Shown in pieces: positions 31,446-42,311 of a stretch of DNA of 64,000 nt (position 1 is its first letter; each line of letters opens with the position of its first letter). Below the pieces are notes generated by a model. It was given only the letters and a program-made list of their open reading frames with translations, was not told the DNA's origin and ran no database searches. This DNA is from Nitrospinaceae bacterium (GTDB lineage: Bacteria; Nitrospinota; Nitrospinia; Nitrospinales; VA-1): assembly GCA_046754465.1 (NCBI GenBank), contig JBHHVU010000011.1, forward strand, positions 1-64,000, read 5' to 3'. A program made the position numbers and the translations under genes.

Positions 31446-33719
31446 TCAGGTATCCTTGGATTTCATGGGGGTGATGATGGGAATGACGAGGGGTTCCCCC
31501 ACAGCGAGGGAATTGATGTCTTTTTCAGGATTGTAACTGTTCAATAACCAGAAGGGTATGAAATACTGGTCATTGCAGATTTCCCACAGAGTTTCCCCTT
31601 TCTTGACGCCGCGGACCAGAAGTTTGCTGACTCTATAATTGTTGAAGAAGTCCTCCTGAATGGCCTTGTGATATTCCTGCCTCCTCTCCTCAAACTTATC
31701 GGGATCGATGTTGGTAAAGGGAACCTGGATTTTCCTGTGGACCGGTATGGAGGCGCCCCGTCTGAGATGGTTGACGCGGCGTAATTTTCTGACGGGCAAT
31801 TGAGCCCATTCCGCATAATGGCTCAGGGTTTCGTCGAAGTCCACCGTGATGACCCCCATCCTGGCTTTCTTGCGGGCATTGGAAGTAAAAGCCACGGGTA
31901 AAAATGCGGGCCGGTTTTTATTCAGCCGATACGAGGGTGGGGGGTTACTCGCCAGTTGAACGGGAACGCTGGGTTTCACTTCATTGTGGGGTCCCGTGGG
32001 AAGAACCCGGTCTCCCTTTTCCACCTTGTCCGCCAAGAAAGCGGGGGCGGCGGATTTCACCTCCAACTTAGCCTCCTGCATGGAGTTTTCAGAGGCCTTG
32101 GGAAAAATCTTGTCCGCGGAACCGGCATCAGTCTGGGTATTTTGTGCGATTAAAACGGTTTCCCGGACTTTCAGGGTTTGACCGGGATAAAGCGAATTGG
32201 GGTTCTTGATCTTGTTCAGCCGGATCAATTCCCCGGAATTGGTTTGAAAACGCCGAGCGATTTTGGTCAGATTGTCATGTTTCCTGACGGTATATATCCC
32301 TCCCTGCGAGGTGTCATAATTTTTGAGAGGTTTTTGGGCCTTCACGACTCTTAAGCTCGGCTTTCTCCAATTATTTCTTTCCGGAAGCCGGAGCACTTTT
32401 CCCATATAGATCCGGTTTCTACGGCCAATATGGTTCAAGCGTTTCAACTGCCTGACCGTCGTCCCAAATCGCAGGGCCACTCCCGACAGGGTATCTCCCC
32501 GGCGGACGGTGTACCATTTGGATCGGATCTGCCGATGGTGTTTTTCCGATCCAGGGATCCGCTGGTAAACCGGAACGAGATCATCGAATCTTTGGGCGGC
32601 GGCCTTGAAAACAAACCCCTTTGGAATCCGCTTTTGTCCCCTGATCACGGAACCCCGCAGGGAAGGATTGGCCCGGGCAATATCTTCCCGGCTCATCTGG
32701 AAATATTTCATGACCGAGTCGATGTGGACATAATCGTCAAATCGCATCGACACCCATTCCAGGGGCTTGGCTTTGGTGAGGTTCGGGAAATACTTCTCTT
32801 CGTGGCGAACGACATGGAGAGCGGCGAGGAATTCGGCATAGAAATTTTGAGAAGCGAAACCGAACGTCCGGCTTCGATAATTTTTTATGATGGTAACGAT
32901 ATTATCTCCATACCGGCGTTTGGCCCGCTTCATCCCCTGGGTGCCGTGGTTATAGGCGGTGATGGCAAGAGGCCAGCTTTGAAGCTCTTCAAAATTCAAC
33001 TTGAGCAATTTCGCGGCAGCCTGAGTGGAGAAAATGGGGTCCCGCCTCTCATCCACGTCATACCTCACGCGCATGAACAGTCTGCCGGTTCCCCGCGTGA
33101 ACTGCCAAATTCCCGCCGCGCCGGCGCTGGAATAAGCACCCGTCTGAAAAGAAGATTCCACATGCGGAAGCGCGCTCAATTCCTCCGGCAATCCCTTATC
33201 ACTCAAAATTTGCCGGATCTCCCGCATATATCGCCCGGACCGTTTTAATCCCCCCTCGAATCTATCCCTTTGCCCGATCTGTGAACGGATGTTTCTGGCG
33301 GCCCGGTAAAACCCGTTGCGAACCATGTCGAAAATTCTTTTTTCTTCCCCCTTGAGAAAAGCTTTATTTTTTTTCTTGGCGAGCTTGCGCAGGATTTTCC
33401 TATATTTGGCCTTGACCCGGTTCAGCTTTCTCTCTTTATTGCGACGGGAAAACTTATCCCCCCCCAGGTAGACCACTTCATAAATAATTTTCAGGTCCCT
33501 GGAATCGTGAATGACCGCATAATCAGTGGTGTATTTGGTGTAAATTTTCTTCCAGAAATCGACTTGATCCTCCAGACCGGGAGGAACCGAAAAGTTATAT
33601 TCGCTCAGCGTATGAATATTATCTGGAAGATTGGCGAAAGCCGGGGAAAGGAGGGAAGTCGATACAAAAAGAGTAAATAGGAAAGAATAGAGCCCTAGGT
33701 TTCTGATCCTCTTCGCCAA
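31446..33719 (-). CDS. MltD-like lytic transglycosylase with LysM domains
   Basis: LPHVESSF, SSAGAAGIWQF, LAITAYNHG; LysM repeats YTVRRGDTLS, YTVRKHDNLT, VKKGETLW. Confidence 0.92.
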   Translation of the reverse strand: MAKRIRNLGLYSFLFTLFVSTSLLSPAFANLPDNIHTLSEYNFSVPPGLEDQVDFWKKIYTKYTTDYAVIHDSRDLKIIYEVVYLGGDKFSRRNKERKLNRVKAKYRKILRKLAKKKNKAFLKGEEKRIFDMVRNGFYRAARNIRSQIGQRDRFEGGLKRSGRYMREIRQILSDKGLPEELSALPHVESSFQTGAYSSAGAAGIWQFTRGTGRLFMRVRYDVDERRDPIFSTQAAAKLLKLNFEELQSWPLAITAYNHGTQGMKRAKRRYGDNIVTIIKNYRSRTFGFASQNFYAEFLAALHVVRHEEKYFPNLTKAKPLEWVSMRFDDYVHIDSVMKYFQMSREDIARANPSLRGSVIRGQKRIPKGFVFKAAAQRFDDLVPVYQRIPGSEKHHRQIRSKWYTVRRGDTLSGVALRFGTTVRQLKRLNHIGRRNRIYMGKVLRLPERNNWRKPSLRVVKAQKPLKNYDTSQGGIYTVRKHDNLTKIARRFQTNSGELIRLNKIKNPNSLYPGQTLKVRETVLIAQNTQTDAGSADKIFPKASENSMQEAKLEVKSAAPAFLADKVEKGDRVLPTGPHNEVKPSVPVQLASNPPPSYRLNKNRPAFLPVAFTSNARKKARMGVITVDFDETLSHYAEWAQLPVRKLRRVNHLRRGASIPVHRKIQVPFTNIDPDKFEERRQEYHKAIQEDFFNNYRVSKLLVRGVKKGETLWEICNDQYFIPFWLLNSYNPEKDINSLAVGEPLVIPIITPMKSKDT

Positions 33720-33952
33720 ATGAACCGTCCTTTTTTTTTAAAAAATTTAAGGAGCTTCGGCACCCAAGATTCAAGGGCGGTAAAGGCAAAGAGACCACCT
33801 CATACAGGATTTATAAAAATCCTGCGCCCCTCCAAGTACCCATAAACGGATAAACCCTTTATTTTGAAAAGGATAACAGAGCAGACCCGATTCCGTCAAG
33901 TTAAAACTCGCGGGATGCGGGTTTTTCCCCGGATTTTTGGAGCCTATTGAAA

Positions 33953-34258
33953 TTATTGAGCTATGGCAGAAGGGGGTTGGTTTGGGAAATCCTTGTTAAC
34001 CTGATAAATAAAAGCCAGTAATTCCGCCACCACCTGATACAGGGTTTCAGGAATTTCCTGGTCGACCTCCACCTGGGAAAGGACCTGGACCAGATCAGGG
34101 TCTTCTTTAATTGGAATGTTATTTTTTTTAGCCAGGGCTATGATGTTTTCCGCTACCTGCCCCTTTCCCTTGGCGGTGACTCTGGGGGCTTTATCCTCTG
34201 CGGGAACATACTTGAGAGAAACGGCGGATTTTTTGCGGCTTGATTTTTGGTTTTTCAT
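33953..34258 (-). CDS. FlhB C-terminal-like (EscU/YscU/HrcU family) small export-switch protein
   Basis: AVSLKY...APRVTAKGKG..AENII..A...IPI.EDP.L...L...EIPE.LY..VAELLAF. Confidence 0.9.
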   Translation of the reverse strand: MKNQKSSRKKSAVSLKYVPAEDKAPRVTAKGKGQVAENIIALAKKNNIPIKEDPDLVQVLSQVEVDQEIPETLYQVVAELLAFIYQVNKDFPNQPPSAIAQ

Positions 34259-35748
34259 GTTCTTATATCAACCAGCTTTGAATTTCCATCGATGAAAAGT
34301 GGGAGGCCTTCCTGGTCCGCGTCCCTCTCAACCTTGTCCCGCACGCAACAGGTCACATGGGTATTAAATCCATATCCCGCCATTTGCGTTTGAAATTCCG
34401 GGCTCCTGGATTCTATAAAATCGGCCACGGGTTTTTGTTCCGCCTGCAAGGTCACCGAAAGATCCTGACCGTGGACCTGGCTATCCACTCGCAGATTGCC
34501 CAGCCTGGAAAGGTTCAAAAGAAAAGTGAGGCGGTAGACCCGCTTTCCCTTTTTCTTTTCCCCGGAATCTTCCTCGGCGGGAAGGCGAACGAAAAGCCTT
34601 ATGGATTTATCCCCCGGAGCGAACGGGTTGGGGATTTGTAAATAGATGGGTTGATTCTCCTGGCGCGCGAACTGGTTGGCCAACTGGTGCAATTCGATGT
34701 TGTCGAGCCCCTGCCGCAGGGTTATCAGGGAATCCTTGATATGAGAAATCGGGCCCGCTCCGGCATCCTTTCCCGGCCAATGCCGCTCAAGGTTATGAAT
34801 CAGTTCCAGCAGTTGACCTTTAAGATTGCGTCCGAGCCCCATTTTTTTTGCCGGGGAGGCGTCATCCTCAAAATATTCTTTCACCCTCGCTTCATAATCC
34901 AATCCCGAATGATCGACCTGTTCTTTAATCTGCGCGGCATTGGGAACTTTTCCTGATTTTGGCGCCAGCAAGGCAAGGGTTTGCCGCAATCGATCGAGCA
35001 GGGCGGGATCGGTTACCCTTTCTCCGAGGGACGCCAATTCGGCAACGGCTTTTTCGAGCCGGGCGGTCATCCCTGCAAAATCCTGAAATGTGGGCAAATA
35101 GGGTTTGATCATTTCCGCATCCACCCTTGGGGTTGGCGGGCCGCCGGCCTGAATCAACTGGGTCAACTGGTGGGAAATCCTTTCCACCGATACGGATAAC
35201 AGGTTCCCAGGCCGAACGGATTGGGGAGCGGTTAACCGTACCAGGAAATCCCTGCCCTGGGACTGGGCAAGCGCGGTTTCGGGATTCATGAGACGGAGAA
35301 TTTTCACTTGCAATTCCTGGCCCGACCGCAATTTCAAATAATCCAGATCCCTTTGCGTAAGATGGCCTAAGGGAGGAAACCTCCTGGAGGTCAAACGGGT
35401 GGTGAACCCAGCCTCGGGGGTTTTCGAATTCGTTTTGGGGTTTTCCGGTGGAATTTCCGGGGAGCGGGCCGAGGGTAGCCGCGGCAACACCTTGAGAACC
35501 GGGGTGGGATTCACCCGTTCCACGCGGGCCGTAAAAGTCTGCCCCGGCGGGGGTGGATTTTCGATATCGACTACCGCTTCCTGGCCCTGGAAATTGACGG
35601 CTATTTTCCCTGCGGATAATAATTCCAGGACCCGCCCTTCCAAAAGCATACCCAGACGGAGTTCCTGAACAAAATTCCGGGTCAGGGCGGAAGACCCTTC
35701 CACCGAAAGGATCCGTAGAATGTTGGAAGGCAAAAATTCAGGCAACAA
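34255..35748 (-). CDS. fliK: Flagellar hook-length control protein FliK-like
   Basis: Pro-rich N-terminus; C-terminal LTFLLNLSRLGNLRVD...LSVTL fold; 4-nt overlap with the FlhB-like gene. Confidence 0.65.
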   Translation of the reverse strand: MLPEFLPSNILRILSVEGSSALTRNFVQELRLGMLLEGRVLELLSAGKIAVNFQGQEAVVDIENPPPPGQTFTARVERVNPTPVLKVLPRLPSARSPEIPPENPKTNSKTPEAGFTTRLTSRRFPPLGHLTQRDLDYLKLRSGQELQVKILRLMNPETALAQSQGRDFLVRLTAPQSVRPGNLLSVSVERISHQLTQLIQAGGPPTPRVDAEMIKPYLPTFQDFAGMTARLEKAVAELASLGERVTDPALLDRLRQTLALLAPKSGKVPNAAQIKEQVDHSGLDYEARVKEYFEDDASPAKKMGLGRNLKGQLLELIHNLERHWPGKDAGAGPISHIKDSLITLRQGLDNIELHQLANQFARQENQPIYLQIPNPFAPGDKSIRLFVRLPAEEDSGEKKKGKRVYRLTFLLNLSRLGNLRVDSQVHGQDLSVTLQAEQKPVADFIESRSPEFQTQMAGYGFNTHVTCCVRDKVERDADQEGLPLFIDGNSKLVDIRT

Positions 35749-35782
35749 GGAAACCTCCCCGAAACCGGTGTCCGAGACTGTG

Positions 35783-36244
35783 TTATTTTCTTAAATTCAA
35801 GGCCAACTCGATTTCTCCAACAGGAATATGTGTTTTCCTGGAAATTTCTTGAGGATTCATTCCGGAGTCGGCGAGTTTGAGCGCTTCGGAATATTTATCT
35901 TTCCACTCCGCCAAAGAGGAAACGGGTCTGGAAAGGGGAGAACCGGCCCCCTTGGATTTGACTTCCTCCAGAAGGCGGTACAGTTCGCTTTTCTCCCGTT
36001 CGAGCAGATTGGAAATTTCCGCCGCCAACGTCTGTTTCCGGTCGATATCGGCACTGATCCGGTTGGAGACTTCCAAAGCTTCCCGGATCATTTCATCGAG
36101 GGAACCCTTGAGATCGGTCAATTCATCGATTCTTTTTTCCTGGCTTCCCAGGAACCGCTCATCGGATTTAATTCGAAAAAGGCCGTAGCCCACAGCTGCA
36201 ACGAGGAGGATGTCCAGGAATATTTGTATGACCGTCCAGTTCAT
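35783..36244 (-). CDS. Membrane-anchored coiled-coil protein with C-terminal HTH (DUF6115/DUF2802-like)
   Basis: N-terminal TM, coiled coil, KYSEALKLADSGMNPQEISRKTHIPVGEIELALNL; flagellar context. Confidence 0.75.
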   Translation of the reverse strand: MNWTVIQIFLDILLVAAVGYGLFRIKSDERFLGSQEKRIDELTDLKGSLDEMIREALEVSNRISADIDRKQTLAAEISNLLEREKSELYRLLEEVKSKGAGSPLSRPVSSLAEWKDKYSEALKLADSGMNPQEISRKTHIPVGEIELALNLRK

Positions 36245-36257
36245 CGGGAGTGATCAG

Positions 36258-36587
36258 TCAGATTACCAGATCAATCTTTGTTCCCTGGGTTTCTTCCCCA
36301 GGGACCATTTTTCCCTGGGAGGATTTGCTTTCATCCTCTGTCCGGGTCTTTTTTTGCCGGACAAGCACCTGTCGGCGCCGGGTCCCATCGGGATTGGTCG
36401 AATTGGTGGGATGATTATTTTCCGCATCTGGTATTTCCGACCGCTTTTTCTCATCAGCTATTTTTCTTTCATCATCCAATTGGTGAGCGCTGATTTGGGG
36501 AATTTGCTGGAGGGTTTGTTGCAATTTTTCGGCATGTGTTCCCGCTTGCAGAACTTGCTGAATACTTACTGCGGGTAGGATCGGCAC
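36258..36587 (-). CDS. Hypothetical protein (flagellar cluster)
   Basis: 109-aa ORF co-oriented with fliL/fliK, ending GTKIDLVI. Confidence 0.65.
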   Translation of the reverse strand: MPILPAVSIQQVLQAGTHAEKLQQTLQQIPQISAHQLDDERKIADEKKRSEIPDAENNHPTNSTNPDGTRRRQVLVRQKKTRTEDESKSSQGKMVPGEETQGTKIDLVI

Positions 36588-36718
36588 GGTTGGTGAACCT
36601 TATTGAAAATTTATTTTGATCGACTTCACCATTATTTTGCCTGGGTTTGCCTTTTTTGGGAAATAAAACCCGAAGCATCAACTCGCCACTCTTTGATCTT
36701 TACGGGACCCAAGCCAGG

Positions 36719-37369
36719 TTACTTGACCACAAACCGCGTAAAAAATACATCCTTTATCGTTCCGGTTCCGGGAAGAAGAAGGGGGTTTACCGAAACCAGG
36801 ATCTCCTTTTTAATCTTTTCCTCGATTTTCTGCTTGTGCGTCAAGTAATCCCGAGGATGCTTTCTTATCAATATATTATAAATGTTTTTGCGCACCGTCG
36901 GAAGGACTTTCCGAATTTCTTTATCGAGAGCCTGGTTGCTTAAAAGGAGATTGGGAGTCACGGTGACGAATCGTCCGGTCTCCCGCCCCTCGCTCCTCAA
37001 GGGGAGAAAAAAAGGTTCAAGGGCGTAAACGATGTCTTTCGCAACGGGAACTTCCTTTTTCCCAGGTTGTTTCGTTTCTTCGGAAACAGGTTCCTCAACC
37101 TCGGCGGGCTGACCGGCAGGATTCATATAAAGAAAATAATACGCGCCACCGGCCAGCAGGAGGAGAACCAGGAACCCCCCCCCGGCAAGAATCAGCATCT
37201 TTTTACTGGTCAGGAGTTTCCCGGTTATTTTTTTTAAGAAACCTTCTCCGCCACCCCCCTCGGCGGCATTGGGAGCCGGAGGTCCTTCCGCCTGATCGAG
37301 AAGGCGCTCCAGCTCTTCCGTTTCGTTGACTTCCTGTTCCTCATTGAGTTTGTCAGCGTTTTCGGCCAT
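36719..37369 (-). CDS. fliL: Flagellar basal body-associated protein FliL
   Basis: KKMLI...TM...GGAYYF, YALEPFFLPL, C-terminal IKDVFFTRFVVK. Confidence 0.85.
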   Translation of the reverse strand: MAENADKLNEEQEVNETEELERLLDQAEGPPAPNAAEGGGGEGFLKKITGKLLTSKKMLILAGGGFLVLLLLAGGAYYFLYMNPAGQPAEVEEPVSEETKQPGKKEVPVAKDIVYALEPFFLPLRSEGRETGRFVTVTPNLLLSNQALDKEIRKVLPTVRKNIYNILIRKHPRDYLTHKQKIEEKIKKEILVSVNPLLLPGTGTIKDVFFTRFVVK

Positions 37370-37416
37370 GGTCGAAAAATTCCGTGCCAGGAAACCAGTT
37401 TCTCATCCCGACCGGT

Positions 37417-38022
37417 TCAGGCGAAAGATTTCAGTTCGCGAAATAAGGATTCCACTTTCGTTCGCAAACTCTGGATAGTGGAATTGTTCTCAAGAACGTA
37501 ATCGGCCTTTTTAATTTTTTCCTCAAGGCTCATTTGGCTTTCCAACCGGGCGAGGACCTGTTCCCGGCTGAGGGAATTTCGCCGCATCACCCGCCGGACC
37601 TGGTTTTCCCTATCGCTGGTCACCACGAGGACCTTGTCCATTTGCCGGTAGTTGCCCGATTCGATCAGGAGCGCCGCATCTACCACGATCAGGGCGTGGG
37701 GTTCTTTAGCGCATATGGATTGAAAAAGTTTTTCTTCCACCTCAAATACCCTGGGGTGCAATATCTTCTCCAGAAGGGCTCTTTTCTTTTCATCGTGGAA
37801 CACGACTTCGGCCAGTTTGGTTCGGTGGAGGGATTGGTCCGGATTGAGGATATCCCGGCCGAAATGATGGACGATTTCCTCCCAAGCCGGCTGGTGGGGC
37901 CGCACCAAGTCCCGGCAAATGGCATCGGCATCAATGACATGGGCTCCCCTTTCCTTAAAAAAGGACGCGGCAAGAGTTTTCCCGGACCCCATGCCGCCGG
38001 TGAGGCCCACCCGTAATGCCAC
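37417..38022 (-). CDS. coaE: Dephospho-CoA kinase
   Basis: VGLTGGMGSGKT, VIDADAI, LEKILHP, DAALLIE, ADYVLENN. GTG start at 38022 has a GGAGG RBS; the longer ORF call overlaps the upstream gene. Confidence 0.93.
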   Translation of the reverse strand: MALRVGLTGGMGSGKTLAASFFKERGAHVIDADAICRDLVRPHQPAWEEIVHHFGRDILNPDQSLHRTKLAEVVFHDEKKRALLEKILHPRVFEVEEKLFQSICAKEPHALIVVDAALLIESGNYRQMDKVLVVTSDRENQVRRVMRRNSLSREQVLARLESQMSLEEKIKKADYVLENNSTIQSLRTKVESLFRELKSFA

Positions 38023-38059
38023 CCTGATATCCTCCATCCACGAAAGGTTGGCGTTTCCT

Positions 38060-38917
38060 TCAATCCATCTCTTCAAGGACGGATTCATAAAGGCGCATGA
38101 TTTTTTGGGTAATCCGTCCAGGTTTTCCGTTTCCGATCGTTCTTCCGTCCAATTGAGTGACCGGCATGACTTTTTTAAGGGTTCCCGTGATAAATATTTC
38201 GTCGGCTTTTTCAAGAGCTTCCGCGGGCCATTCCCCCTCCTCCACCAAAATCCCGTTCTCCCGGGCGAGCGGGATCAGGATTTCCCGCGTGATTCCGGGA
38301 AGGATACCGCAATCCACGGAGGGAGTCATGACCCGGTCTCCCTGGACAAAAAAGATGTTGCTGGTGGTGCATTCGGTCAGGTAACCCCACGGACTCAACA
38401 TCAGCGCATCCTTGGCCCCCAGTTTGTTGGCTTCCATCTTGGCGAGGACGTTATTCAGGTAGTTGCCCGTCTTGATTCCAGGATTCAGGGCTTCCCTGGG
38501 GTTTCTTTTGATGGAAACGAGGGCGATATGGATTCCGTTTTCGTAATATTCCCGGGGATAGTCCCGCATCTCGGTCACGTAGATCAATACATTGGGATTT
38601 TTGCAGGTGGAGGGGTCGATGTCGATGTCCCCTACCCCGCGCGTGACCACGATGCGGATATAGGATTCCCCGTTGCCGCTGGCCTGGAGAGTTTTCGCAA
38701 GCTCTTCCCGAAACCGGTCCGCGCCAAAGGGAATATTCAGGCTGAGCGCCTCCGCGGAATGGTTCAATCGCTTCAGGTGTTTGTCCAGAAAACAGGGTTT
38801 GTTTTTGCGAGTGCTCACCACCTCGTAAACGCTGTCCCCAAATAAAAACCCATGGTCAAAGACGGAAATGCGGGGGTCCTCCTCGATGATTCCGTTGATG
38901 TTGATTTTCGTGGTCAT
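38060..38917 (-). CDS. PLP-dependent class IV aminotransferase (IlvE/Dat/PabC family), second paralog
   Basis: FDHGFLFGDSVYEV, IKTGNYLNN, TECTTSNIF, ILPGITR. Confidence 0.9.
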   Translation of the reverse strand: MTTKININGIIEEDPRISVFDHGFLFGDSVYEVVSTRKNKPCFLDKHLKRLNHSAEALSLNIPFGADRFREELAKTLQASGNGESYIRIVVTRGVGDIDIDPSTCKNPNVLIYVTEMRDYPREYYENGIHIALVSIKRNPREALNPGIKTGNYLNNVLAKMEANKLGAKDALMLSPWGYLTECTTSNIFFVQGDRVMTPSVDCGILPGITREILIPLARENGILVEEGEWPAEALEKADEIFITGTLKKVMPVTQLDGRTIGNGKPGRITQKIMRLYESVLEEMD

Positions 38918-39007
38918 GCGCTCGCGCTATTCAAACGTTTGATTGATTTTTTGGGCAAACAAATCACCCGTGGGACCGAAAGGTGAGAGTCGATGGATCT
39001 GGAAAAT

Positions 39008-39700
39008 TTAATTCTTATCCAGGGACAACAGGATGTCGTTCAATTTATCTTTATCCTCTTGGGTGTAATCTTCCTGGGGTTTTCCAGTGGCCACCGGAGA
39101 ATCTTTGTGCCCCGATGAAGAACCTCCGCGCCCGGATTTCAATTCTTGAGCCAGCTTGTCCATACCCGTTAAATTTTTCAATTTTTCCTTCATCTCGTCC
39201 AAATCGAGGTCAGGCAATTTATCCATCCACTGATTAGCATCGACACTGTCGGCCAAGACCTGGGACAAACGCTGCAAATGGGGCGCGAAAAAGGAATCTC
39301 TGGAAAATTCATGCTTGAGGTCCGGAAAAAAATTGAGAGGAAACATGAGGATGACCAGAATAATCAACCCCTTTACAAGTCCGATGGCCCCTCCCAAAAG
39401 GCGGTCCATTGCCGAAAGACCGGGAGCGGAATGAACCAATCCGCGAAATCCTTTTCCGACAAAGGAAATGCCCACCACCGTGACCAAAAATATTCCGGCA
39501 GAGCTGATCAGGGCGGAAGCAGTTGGGTTGGGAATGAATGCACTCAAGATTTCCGCCAGGCGGTCTTGATATTTTACGGCTGCCAGGTATCCCCCAACAT
39601 ATGCCAGCAGAGAAAAAATCTCCTTCACCATTCCCCGCGCCACCGAATACACAAGGCTGAGCCCCAAAATTAGGGCGGCCGCAGAATCGAACCAGGTCAT
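39008..39700 (-). CDS. cvpA: CvpA family membrane protein
   Basis: MTWFD...RGMVKEIFSL, four hydrophobic segments, LSAMDRLLGGAIGLVKG. Confidence 0.88.
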   Translation of the reverse strand: MTWFDSAAALILGLSLVYSVARGMVKEIFSLLAYVGGYLAAVKYQDRLAEILSAFIPNPTASALISSAGIFLVTVVGISFVGKGFRGLVHSAPGLSAMDRLLGGAIGLVKGLIILVILMFPLNFFPDLKHEFSRDSFFAPHLQRLSQVLADSVDANQWMDKLPDLDLDEMKEKLKNLTGMDKLAQELKSGRGGSSSGHKDSPVATGKPQEDYTQEDKDKLNDILLSLDKN

Positions 39701-39741
39701 ATAACGATTATCCTTTGAAAATCAATGGATTAAATTATTTG

Positions 39742-42174
39742 TCACTTGCGGGAAATAGTCAACAGTTCTTTTATCCGCTTCCCCTCGGGGTCCCCGTAAA
39801 GAGCCAGATAGATGGCATAATTGCGAAGGACTTTCTTGACGTAATGCCGGGTTTCAGTGTAGGGGATACTCTCGATAAATTCGAGGGGATAAAGATTGGA
39901 TCGGTAGGAAATCCATTGGCGAACCTTGTTGGGTCCCGCATTATAGGCCGCCAGGGCATGGACCCGATTGCCACCGAAGGATTTCAAGAGTTCATTCAGG
40001 TAATCGATCCCCAACTGGATATTGACTTCCGGAGCTTTCAACTGTTCGGGAGTGGGGACCTCTTGTTCCAGGGAACGGGCCACGCCGGCGGCGGTCCGGG
40101 GAAGGAGCTGCATCAGCCCAATGGCGTTGGCGGATGAGGTGATTTTGGGATTGAAGGCGCTTTCCTGCCGCATCAGGGAAAGAATAAACCAGGGATCCAG
40201 GTCGTAATTTTCGGTCACGGAAAGGACTTCCTTCAGGAACGCTTTTGGGAATAACCTTTCGGCCAGGACGCGGGAAATTCCCTCCCGATTCCCGTGGTTG
40301 GCAAGGGTCCAGGATAACCGTATCGAATCCTGAAAATTGCCCCCCCGATTGAATAACTGTGCGAGATAAAATGAAAATGCGGGATCATCTTCTTTGGTGA
40401 CGAGCGGGGCCAGTTCGTTGGCCCCGTATTCCAGGAATCCCACGGCGATCAACTTTTCCGCGCGGCTCAGCCGCTTGCGCTGGATGTCCCCAAGACCAAA
40501 ATACCGGAACGTGATTTTTTGGGAGGTTTTCCGGATTAGAAAATCCCTGAGCCCGGCACCCAGTTCCCCCTGGCTAAAAATGGTGTAAAAATCGAAGGGG
40601 TATTTCTCGGACAACTCCTGGGTCAGGGACAATTTTTTTCGGCTGTTTCCAAGTCCCTCCTCGGTTTGTGCCAACCAATAGAGGGCCGCTGTTTTATAGG
40701 ACGAGCCATTGGGGAAGATTTTACTCAGGCGCCGGTACGCCCGGGAAGAATAAAACTCCAGAAGCCGTTGGAAATGGGTTCTCGCCTCCTTGTATTTGCC
40801 CTGCAATCGTAAAACCCAAGGAATTTTAAAAAGGGCCGCGGTGGTGTAGGGACCAAAATCATATTTCTCGATCAGATGGGAATAGTAATCAATTGCCCGG
40901 GAATACTGCCCCTTGTCTTCCAGAATTCGGCCGAGAAAAAATGTCGCCTTGTGACAGGTCCGGGTTTCCAGGGGAAATTTTTTCAGGATTTTCTGATAAA
41001 CAACGGCCGCCGGGTCGAGCAGATTCTCCGTCCACAGCAAATATCCTAGTTCATTGAGGGTTTCATCGGGATATATACCGGTGATCTTTTCGATGGTTTG
41101 GTTGATGGGATGCTCATGGAGGTAAGCGGCAATGAGCCGGTTGACCTTGCCGGTAATCCCCCGGGCCTCCTGGATTCCGGGATAATGGGTCAGGACCGAA
41201 AGCCCCAGTTCCAGGCTGCCCTCCAGGTCCTGCCTCTTTAAAGAGCCGTAAAAATCACGGACCATTTCATTTTCATACGTGACTGCGGCGGGGGAAGGCT
41301 TTTGCGCGGTTTCCTTCTTTTCCATCGGATTGGTTTCGGTGGAAGGATCCGCGGGAGGGCGCAAGGAGGAGATGTCGACCTTGGCTTTCAGCAGTTTTTT
41401 TTCATATTTTTTCAAAAATGTTCCCACCGCTTCCAAAACTTCGGGGGAATCGGAAATTTTGAGCAGCGAGGCATAAATGTCCGCCGCATATATCCATTCG
41501 CCGGCGGATTCATAGGTTTTGGCCAGGGAAAGATTGACCCCCAACCGGTGCTCTTCGTTCCCGGGAAATTCACGCATTAAGGACCGGCGGTACACCTGCC
41601 ACGCGGCCTTGTAATTGAATGACAGAAAATAAGCGTCGCCCAACAATTTTTCTGCCTCCGACAAATCCCTTTGAACATTTTCGTGGAAGGGGCTATCGGG
41701 GTAGGATTTGAACAAGGTCAACCTGAGTTTTATGGATCGCCGGAGAAGTTCAATGGCCGGCCGATACTGTTTCTTTTCGATTTCCACTAACGCGATTTCG
41801 TTCAACGCCAGGGCCAGGTGGTGCAGGCGGAAATCCTCCAGAATAAAATTCCCTATTATTTTGGTTTCCAAATATCGGACGGCATTCTGAAAATCACTTT
41901 TTTGAAAATACAAATACCCGATCGCCAAAACCAGCAGGTTCTTCTTTTCCCGTGACCGGATTTTCCTCTCGGCTTTTTTGTAATCCAGGAGGATGGATGG
42001 AATTTCCTCCTTATCAAGATGACCCAGGTCAACGATGATCCGCTGCCGGGGAAACAGGTCCGTGGGAAAGGGTTCCCCGGTATTGAAAATATCCAGCCGC
42101 GTGGCAAAAACCGTGGACCCCTGCAGGAAAAAAAACAGGATAAAGAAGGCCAATAAGCGAAAAGGGAAAGTCAT
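39742..42174 (-). CDS. Slt-family lytic transglycosylase with TPR repeats
   Basis: Signal peptide, TPRs, C-terminal LMRQESAFNP, ANAIGLMQLLP, ALAAYNAGP, IPYTETRHYVKKV. Confidence 0.92.
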   Translation of the reverse strand: MTFPFRLLAFFILFFFLQGSTVFATRLDIFNTGEPFPTDLFPRQRIIVDLGHLDKEEIPSILLDYKKAERKIRSREKKNLLVLAIGYLYFQKSDFQNAVRYLETKIIGNFILEDFRLHHLALALNEIALVEIEKKQYRPAIELLRRSIKLRLTLFKSYPDSPFHENVQRDLSEAEKLLGDAYFLSFNYKAAWQVYRRSLMREFPGNEEHRLGVNLSLAKTYESAGEWIYAADIYASLLKISDSPEVLEAVGTFLKKYEKKLLKAKVDISSLRPPADPSTETNPMEKKETAQKPSPAAVTYENEMVRDFYGSLKRQDLEGSLELGLSVLTHYPGIQEARGITGKVNRLIAAYLHEHPINQTIEKITGIYPDETLNELGYLLWTENLLDPAAVVYQKILKKFPLETRTCHKATFFLGRILEDKGQYSRAIDYYSHLIEKYDFGPYTTAALFKIPWVLRLQGKYKEARTHFQRLLEFYSSRAYRRLSKIFPNGSSYKTAALYWLAQTEEGLGNSRKKLSLTQELSEKYPFDFYTIFSQGELGAGLRDFLIRKTSQKITFRYFGLGDIQRKRLSRAEKLIAVGFLEYGANELAPLVTKEDDPAFSFYLAQLFNRGGNFQDSIRLSWTLANHGNREGISRVLAERLFPKAFLKEVLSVTENYDLDPWFILSLMRQESAFNPKITSSANAIGLMQLLPRTAAGVARSLEQEVPTPEQLKAPEVNIQLGIDYLNELLKSFGGNRVHALAAYNAGPNKVRQWISYRSNLYPLEFIESIPYTETRHYVKKVLRNYAIYLALYGDPEGKRIKELLTISRK

Positions 42175-42311
42175 GGCAATCGTGGAAAGGGATTTCTTGA
42201 ATCAAGAGGGTTTTCCGGCACAATGAAGCTTTCCCATTATACCTTTTCCTGAACCGTTTGCCGGAAAGGACTTGGAATTTGATACAGGATCAACTTAAAT
42301 AAAAGGACCAG

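Noticed and set aside
33720..33952. Long mltD leader with a CAGGATTT/AAATCCTG hairpin as a riboswitch or sRNA
   Set aside because: A single hairpin with no recognisable aptamer; insufficient evidence.
36617..36645. Second sigma28-like promoter (CCAGG-N15-GTCGATCA, minus strand) before the 36587 gene
   Set aside because: Two mismatches in each box; plausible in a flagellar cluster but too weak to call.
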